Assembly (NCBI GenBank): GCA_026397015.1
Contig: JAPLVR010000003.1
Span: 192,001 to 256,000 of the forward strand
Source of the DNA: Candidatus Iainarchaeum sp.
Lineage (GTDB): Archaea; Iainarchaeota; Iainarchaeia; Iainarchaeales; JAAZKV01
Direction: 5' to 3'
Length of the DNA stretch: 64,000 nt
The notes under the pieces are model-generated. The model saw only the letters and a list, made by a program, of their open reading frames with translations. It had not been told where the DNA came from and ran no database searches. Positions 57,741-64,000 of this stretch are shown here, one piece after another. A program made the position numbers and the translations under genes. The stretch's first letter is position 1. The number at the start of each line of letters is the position of its first letter.

Positions 57741-60380
57741 GTGAAAAAAGCCCTTTTAATAATCGCTGTAAGCGCCATTCTGCTCTTGTTTGGGTGCATA
57801 ATAGAAGGCCCCATGATGGAAGACATCGCAAAGAGTTCAGGAACAATTAACAGCTTTCTTGCAGAATACCCCGATGCGGAAGTAACCATCCAATTATTGA
57901 AAAAAGATGTTGTGGCAGCCGATCCAGATTTTATCGGATACTGCTCACAAGTCGAACCAAACGAATATTACAAAGTAACATTCACAGACAAAGCCTCCGG
58001 CTTGAAGGCTTTTGCATTCGTTGACAAAGACATAGGGGTAGTGTGCGCCCACAAAGAAGGCACGGAGAAAAAATGCGACAAAACAAAGGGCGCGGAATGT
58101 GAAACTGATTACGATTGCAGGGTTGGCTGCAAAAAAGAACCCTGCCCGCAACCGACATGCAACAAAGAAACCTGCAAATGCGAACCAGAGAAAAAGGAAG
58201 ACAAATGCAGTTGGATGCCACCACAACCAGGAGAAACAACCTGTGCCATGGTAATCGGGCCAGGATATTATTATGACTCGACAAATGTTGCTCAAACAAC
58301 GAGCTGTAAATATTTCTCAGGGGGCAGCGGATGCAGCGGCCCTCCGTTTAAAACAATTGAGGAATGCCAAGCGACCTGCGAAAATGAGCGCCACAAATGC
58401 AAAACGGATGCAGATTGTATGGTATTATACGAAGTGTTGGAAAAATGGGGCTGCAATGCAGGATGCTACAATAGAAACACTGTTTCTGGCGACAAAAAAT
58501 GCAAAAACATAAAATGGGAACTTATTCCTCCAGAAAACTGCAAATGCATAAATAACCAATGCAGGCTTGCCACTGAAAAATGTGGAATAACGAATTGCCA
58601 TGGATTGGATGTCACCTGCGGTTTTGTGACGAAACCACAAGCGTGCACTGCAGTTTACGAACTTGGGGACAGGTGCAGGAAATACGCTTCCTGTGGCACG
58701 ATTAACGGAGAATGCCTGCACAAATTGGAAAAAAAATTCGAACAATGCAAATCCTGCGTCGAAAAATGCAAGGATGAATTTGGAAACGACCCTGGGAACT
58801 ACATTAACCTCTTTAAATGCGAAGCAAAATGCGAGCCTGTTGCGGAACCCATTTGTGGCGACGGAAAGTGCGAGGCGAGCGAACAGAATCCACTAACTTG
58901 TGTGACTGTCGGCGGCAGGTGCGCGGGAAGCACGGGAATTGCCGAAACAATACCTTCTGTTAGCGCAATTTCGACAATAGATTCGAATAGCATAGACTCA
59001 AATATTGTGGATTCGAATAGCATGGAAGGCAGCACGGGAACCGGCAGCGCGGTAGTGGGCACAGGGGTGGCGGTGGATAGATGTGAAATAATAGAGGATT
59101 GCAGGCCGAATCCAAATTATTGCCCGGCAGACTGCAAAGAACCGATAAAAGAAACGGTTAAATGTGTATTTAGCGGCGCGAATGCTGCCCAAATTTGTTA
59201 TTCCATAAAAGGAAGCTGCACTGCCACGCCTATAACAACAGGCAGTACAAACGGCATGACAACAACAATCAGCACGAGTGCTGCAACGTGCACAGTGGAT
59301 GTGGAAGGGTATAAAGGGGAAAAAGTAACTTGGAAAAGCACCTGTGGGGGATACGCTTATACAACAATGGAGGGAATAAACGATTACGCAAAATTCCAGT
59401 GCCAAAAAGAATGTGAAACGGATAATGACTGTTACATATGCGGAGGCGACGGAGGTTCCAGCGGCACATCCTGCATAAACGGAATATGCAAGTGTGGTGA
59501 AAATACAGATCAAGGCCCTGTCACATGCACCTCGTGGGGAAAAACATGCGACAAACGGTGCGGCGCATCATGTGAAATTGATGCAGACTGCCCGCAAATA
59601 ACAAACTATCCGGAATGCGCCCTTGACGGCGCCTGCCTAAGAAATGTGTGCAATAAAGAAACTTGCAAATGCGAAACCCAAAAAAATACATGCTTGTCGA
59701 ACGCCGACTGCAAAAAAAATGAATTCTGTAACCGCGAAGGCTGCGTAGAAAAAGGAATTTGCACGGAACTTGGCAATGCCTGCATAACGCTCTATGACCC
59801 TGTTTGCGGGTGCGACGGAAAAACTTACTCAAACAGCTGCTTCGCAAATATGGCAAAAGTCTCAGTGGCATACAATGGGGAATGCGGGGCATGCGCGAAA
59901 GAAGGAGAACATACTTGCCCTAGTTGTACTGGAGGCTGGCACACGAAATGCTGCAGTGGATTGACAGAGATCGCACCTTCAGAATCATTTAATGAGACAT
60001 GCAACAACTTACAAGTATTAGGCCCGGGACCAGTCTGTACTAAATGTGGGAATGGAATCTGCGGAACAGGGGAAAACATTTGCAACTGCCCACAGGACTG
60101 CAAGGAACCCGTAAAAGAGACTGTTAAGTGTGTGTTCAGCAATGCCGGCGAAACACAGAAATGCTATGATGTCACAGGGACATATGGCTGTACAGCCAGC
60201 GCAACTCCTCCAATTGGCACTACGACTTCGTCGGCGACCGGCGCAACTGCTACATGTACGGTAGATGTGAAAGGAACCAAAGGGACAACAATAACCTGGA
60301 AAAGCACATGCGGAGAGTACGCATACACAATAATAGACGGGGAAAGCGAGTACGCTAATTTTGAATGCCAAGCAGAATAG
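57741..60380 (+). CDS. Cys-rich modular surface lipoprotein (Kunitz-like, Kazal, two TWKSTCG.YAYT modules)
   Basis: LFGC lipobox; six-Cys Kunitz-like pattern ending GC...FKTIEECQATC; CITLYDPVCGCDGKTYSNSC Kazal. Confidence 0.85.
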   Translation: MKKALLIIAVSAILLLFGCIIEGPMMEDIAKSSGTINSFLAEYPDAEVTIQLLKKDVVAADPDFIGYCSQVEPNEYYKVTFTDKASGLKAFAFVDKDIGVVCAHKEGTEKKCDKTKGAECETDYDCRVGCKKEPCPQPTCNKETCKCEPEKKEDKCSWMPPQPGETTCAMVIGPGYYYDSTNVAQTTSCKYFSGGSGCSGPPFKTIEECQATCENERHKCKTDADCMVLYEVLEKWGCNAGCYNRNTVSGDKKCKNIKWELIPPENCKCINNQCRLATEKCGITNCHGLDVTCGFVTKPQACTAVYELGDRCRKYASCGTINGECLHKLEKKFEQCKSCVEKCKDEFGNDPGNYINLFKCEAKCEPVAEPICGDGKCEASEQNPLTCVTVGGRCAGSTGIAETIPSVSAISTIDSNSIDSNIVDSNSMEGSTGTGSAVVGTGVAVDRCEIIEDCRPNPNYCPADCKEPIKETVKCVFSGANAAQICYSIKGSCTATPITTGSTNGMTTTISTSAATCTVDVEGYKGEKVTWKSTCGGYAYTTMEGINDYAKFQCQKECETDNDCYICGGDGGSSGTSCINGICKCGENTDQGPVTCTSWGKTCDKRCGASCEIDADCPQITNYPECALDGACLRNVCNKETCKCETQKNTCLSNADCKKNEFCNREGCVEKGICTELGNACITLYDPVCGCDGKTYSNSCFANMAKVSVAYNGECGACAKEGEHTCPSCTGGWHTKCCSGLTEIAPSESFNETCNNLQVLGPGPVCTKCGNGICGTGENICNCPQDCKEPVKETVKCVFSNAGETQKCYDVTGTYGCTASATPPIGTTTSSATGATATCTVDVKGTKGTTITWKSTCGEYAYTIIDGESEYANFECQAE

Positions 60381-60721
60381 CAGATGTGTGGAATACGCGG
60401 TACACAACAATAAAAAGGAGAGACAAAAATTCAATGACGTAAGCGAACTAACTGCCAAACTCATAATTTCGATTCCGTCGACTGCTTATTTCACTTATTA
60501 CTATTCTTTGCATCCAATAATGGGGGCAATGGCTAGAACGCTGGCTGGACTTACGCCACCACAATTTACCTTGACCTAAAAAAAAAGGCAAATAGCACGA
60601 AACGGCTGAAAACCGCTTAAAATGCAGTTGAAAGCCACCTGCTTAAACTAACTTCTTCCCGTTAATAAGCGAAAGGTATTTATACTTGTTTGTAAGGGAT
60701 TACATTAGTGGGTTGAGGAAA

Positions 60722-62500
60722 ATGAAAAACAAAATCTTGCTTACAGCATGCTTTTTGATTGCAATAATAATTTTGGCGGGCGGAGTCATGGCTTGTTCGA
60801 TAGGAATAAGCAACTCTATGACGCAGCTCAGAAGCAATACCGACGGTTACGCGGAAGAAATCAGGGCTGAAAATAATTCGCCAATAGACATAAAAACTTC
60901 ATTTACGGTAGACAGTGTTTCCGGAAGCGACTGTTCAAACACAATTTATTCGAGGGCAAAAATTTACAGATACAATGACACGAACGGCGGATGGGATGAA
61001 ATAAAAACAACTACCTCACAAGGGAGAACTTTGAGCGCGGACGATTTTATTTTTACCTGGCCGGATGAATTTACAGCAAGTGAAACCTACCAAAAGTACA
61101 AAGTAGACGGGCAAATTCTTGACGGCAACACTGTTTTGGACACTACAAGCGGTTACGTTTACATAGGAGAAGGAGAATGCACCGGAATCGAACTTACAAC
61201 AAAAACGATTAATGTGGACGAAGGAAGCGACGCAACTGAAACTTTTAAAATAAAAAATACCACGGGAACGGATTTTAGAATAGAAAACGCGGACGTCACT
61301 TTTTCAAGCTCATTGATAAGTTCCGGACACGTATGGTTTGACAGCAGGACTGTTGAAAGCCATTCAACCGTGAACGTGGATGTCGAAGTCGAGGCAATCG
61401 AAGTTACAACTGACAGGAGCACGAGCGGAACATTCAAGGTTTCGGGATACCTCGGAAACACTTTTTGTTCATACACTTCGATAGGGCAGAAAAATTTTAG
61501 TGTAAATATAAAAAATCTGGAGGACGAGGGAGAGCCGAGCGCGGACTGCGCCGACTTGAGCCTGCACACCGCGGATTTTTCAATAAATGAGGGGGAAACT
61601 TTAATACAAAGCTTTTACCTTTCAAACGATTCGGAAAGAAAGTTTGAAATAACTGAGATAAGGCTTTCAAGCGAAGGCGTTGATTTGAGCGAATATTATT
61701 ACAAGCCGGCAATACCAAGCGGAGAAATCGGGGACATATTGATAAAGGCGGACGCGTCGACAAATGTGAATTATGACCAGACATACAGCAACACGATTGA
61801 AGTCGAAGGAAAATTCGGCGATGGAAAGAGATGTTCGTTTAACAGCATCGGCGGAAAGGGATTCAAGGTAACGATAAAAAATGTTTTTAGCGAACAGGCA
61901 AAGCCTGCTGTTCCATCACAAAGCTCCTATGCGGGATATGAAAATTATGCGCCGTCTTCGATTTATTTGACCGCGGAAGAGTGCAAAAATTTTTCAATTT
62001 TGGCAATAAACAATGTTTCAGTGAACGGGAGCGGAAATGTCCCTATAACAATAAAAAACGGCACCGGAAAAAGGGTTACAATAATCGTTGAAAGCAACGC
62101 GAAAACGGACCCTTCACAAATATCGGTTCCGGAATACACTTACATTACAAGGGAAATAAGCTTTGAAATGAACACAAGGGAAGGCGAAATAAAGCTGATT
62201 CCGCAGATGGACGGGTGCGCGATTGCCTCAACAACTATAAGCATACACAATAATTCGAATGTGATCGGAGGAACAAGCGGCGGAACAGGCACAGGCGGGA
62301 GCGGCAGTCTTCTTGGCTCGCTATTCTCCCTCGGAACCTCGGAATTTTTCGGAGCGCTGGCTTTGATAGGGCTGGTTGCCCTTGCCATCCTAATAATCGG
62401 GCAAGCAAGCCTTGGAACCGAGTACATATTAAGCGCTAATCTGACTGCGGAAGAGATTGAACAATTGAAAAGATGGAAAGCATACGGCGAAAACGCTTAA
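60722..62500 (+). CDS. Membrane-anchored surface protein with duplicated Ig-like domains
   Basis: Signal peptide; two repeats ending CS..SIG.K.F.V.IKN; C-terminal TM. Confidence 0.8.
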   Translation: MKNKILLTACFLIAIIILAGGVMACSIGISNSMTQLRSNTDGYAEEIRAENNSPIDIKTSFTVDSVSGSDCSNTIYSRAKIYRYNDTNGGWDEIKTTTSQGRTLSADDFIFTWPDEFTASETYQKYKVDGQILDGNTVLDTTSGYVYIGEGECTGIELTTKTINVDEGSDATETFKIKNTTGTDFRIENADVTFSSSLISSGHVWFDSRTVESHSTVNVDVEVEAIEVTTDRSTSGTFKVSGYLGNTFCSYTSIGQKNFSVNIKNLEDEGEPSADCADLSLHTADFSINEGETLIQSFYLSNDSERKFEITEIRLSSEGVDLSEYYYKPAIPSGEIGDILIKADASTNVNYDQTYSNTIEVEGKFGDGKRCSFNSIGGKGFKVTIKNVFSEQAKPAVPSQSSYAGYENYAPSSIYLTAEECKNFSILAINNVSVNGSGNVPITIKNGTGKRVTIIVESNAKTDPSQISVPEYTYITREISFEMNTREGEIKLIPQMDGCAIASTTISIHNNSNVIGGTSGGTGTGGSGSLLGSLFSLGTSEFFGALALIGLVALAILIIGQASLGTEYILSANLTAEEIEQLKRWKAYGENA

Positions 62501-62667
62501 ATTGTTTCGCCATTTCAAAACCCCAAACTTTTTTTGCTAATTTTCAATATTTTCAGCGTTTTTCTTTTGCTGAAGATTACAATGGAAATCCAATAGGGTT
62601 TCTACATCGCCCCCAAAAAGCCAATCCTTTTAAACTTGAAAAACCCTATTTTTGACAAGGTTTTAGG

Positions 62668-64000
62668 TTGAAGAATTTAACATTTACAGCGGCTTGCCTG
62701 TTCGCGTTGCTTTTAGTTCTTGGCTGCACAATTAATGACCCGTTAGAAGCGGCGAAGTCTTCGCCGACTATTAAGGAGTTCCTCTTGCAATACCCCGATG
62801 CAAAGATAAACATTCAAATGACATCTGAAGCGGCGATAAAGACGGACTCTGACTTTAAATCCGACTGTAACGCTGTGGAACCGGCTGAATACTACAAGAT
62901 AGTGTTAACGGATAAAAATTCAGGATTGAAAGCGGTCGCCTTTGTTGGCATGCAGAGTCAAATGTCACTTGCACATTTAACTGTCGTTTGCGCATTTGAG
63001 TCGCAACCCTGCAATGAGGATTGGTCTTGCGAAGAATGGGCAGCCTGTACAAATGGAACCCAAAAAAGAAATTGTGATGATTTGAACAAGTGTTCGACAA
63101 CAGGCAACAAGCCGGTAACAAGCAAATCCTGTCAGGATGCAATAAAAACCTGCACTGAGAGCGACTGGTCGTCGACATTAAGCCCGAGCACTTGCCCGCA
63201 ATCAGAACAGCAAACAAAAATTTGGATAAAAACAAATGACTGCAACGCAGGAGTTACGCATCCATCGACAGAATCTATAACCTGTGACAGCCAGGCACCG
63301 ACATGCACCTCTTTTACATATTCTCTCTGGGAAAGCTGCACCCAAGGCGGAACACAAACAAGAACCATCGCCACCTCTTCACCAAGCGGCTGCACCGGCG
63401 GAAGCCCGGTAACTTCGCAAAGTTGCATCTATGTTCCAGTTTGCAGTGAAAACTGGTCCTGCACGAGCTGGACCGCCTGCAGCAGCAACGGCACACAGAC
63501 AAAGACGTGCACAGATTTGAGCTCTTGCGGAACGACAACAAGCAAGCCTTCTTTGAGCCAGAACTGCACTTATCACGCTCCAATTGAAATTAAAAATGAC
63601 CAGGTGTTTCCATACGATGCAACTCAAACAACCAACCCGGCATGGAAAGCATATGTGACATCTAACGGATCGGCAATAACTGGAATTTCAATCAAAAACA
63701 ACTGGAGCTATAACCAGCCGAAAACGGAAACATCCAATTCAAAATTAATGCTTGTCAAGGATGGCAACCTTAATTTCCCGCAAAACTATATAGTGTTTAC
63801 TTACAAAGGGCTGCAGGACCGCACAACAAATAACGCCACTATTGGCGGAAGCAGCATCACAATCACAGACACGAAAGGTATTTTGAGAACAATACCGTTG
63901 GTAATAGAGCTTGGAAGCGGGACAAATGAAATAACGATTGGCGGAAAACCATACATAATAGATGTAAACAAGCAAATTAACGCTGCAAGGTATTGGACAC
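62668..64000 (+). CDS. Surface lipoprotein, runs off window (not in ORF track): shared N-terminal domain, TSP1-like Cys/Trp repeats, S-layer-like domain
   Basis: TTG start, VLGC lipobox; FL..YPDA...YYK...DK.SGLKA.AFV as in 57741; C.E.WSC..W..C..GTQ...C.DL..C repeats; DQVFPYD..QTTNP.W as in 6091. Confidence 0.8.
   Translation, partial: MKNLTFTAACLFALLLVLGCTINDPLEAAKSSPTIKEFLLQYPDAKINIQMTSEAAIKTDSDFKSDCNAVEPAEYYKIVLTDKNSGLKAVAFVGMQSQMSLAHLTVVCAFESQPCNEDWSCEEWAACTNGTQKRNCDDLNKCSTTGNKPVTSKSCQDAIKTCTESDWSSTLSPSTCPQSEQQTKIWIKTNDCNAGVTHPSTESITCDSQAPTCTSFTYSLWESCTQGGTQTRTIATSSPSGCTGGSPVTSQSCIYVPVCSENWSCTSWTACSSNGTQTKTCTDLSSCGTTTSKPSLSQNCTYHAPIEIKNDQVFPYDATQTTNPAWKAYVTSNGSAITGISIKNNWSYNQPKTETSNSKLMLVKDGNLNFPQNYIVFTYKGLQDRTTNNATIGGSSITITDTKGILRTIPLVIELGSGTNEITIGGKPYIIDVNKQINAARYWT

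Overview
Archaeal chromosomal segment: split rpoA/rpoB, L30e, aEF-1a/aEF-2, TATA boxes and GGTGA-type ribosome-binding sites. A DPANN lineage, probably Iainarchaeota/Diapherotrites-like, is my inference. The right third is the conserved rpoH-rpoB''-rpoB'-rpoA'-rpoA''-rpl30e-nusA-rps12-rps7-EF2-EF1a-rps10-archease-rtcB cluster. The rest holds accessory and housekeeping genes (two toxin-antitoxin pairs, aminotransferase, orphan DNA MTase, ZIP transporter, tRNA-Asp, leuA, AmmeMemoRadiSam trio, MscS, m5C MTase, a U32/minimal [FeFe]-hydrogenase-like/radical SAM cluster, two ABC permeases) and many large modular Cys-rich surface proteins. Signals the gene calls do not explain: (1) 1-3.9 kb is an array of unrelated, same-strand, self-promoted gene units, each separated by a short conserved hairpin site (core GCAACTCT, then a G-run, then ATT). 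It looks integron-like but lacks canonical attC cores, and no recombinase is in the window. (2) An unannotated 33-aa leader peptide with five consecutive Leu codons and a terminator-like hairpin lies upstream of leuA, a candidate archaeal attenuator. (3) About 55 D-x-N motifs occur in a 1507-aa surface protein, a candidate non-canonical modification sequon. (4) A dispersed REP-like palindrome family, one copy abutting tRNA-Asp. (5) Structured 5' leaders before rpoH and rpl30e. (6) Surface proteins assembled from shared shuffled modules. All family assignments are from motif recognition by eye; no searches were run.
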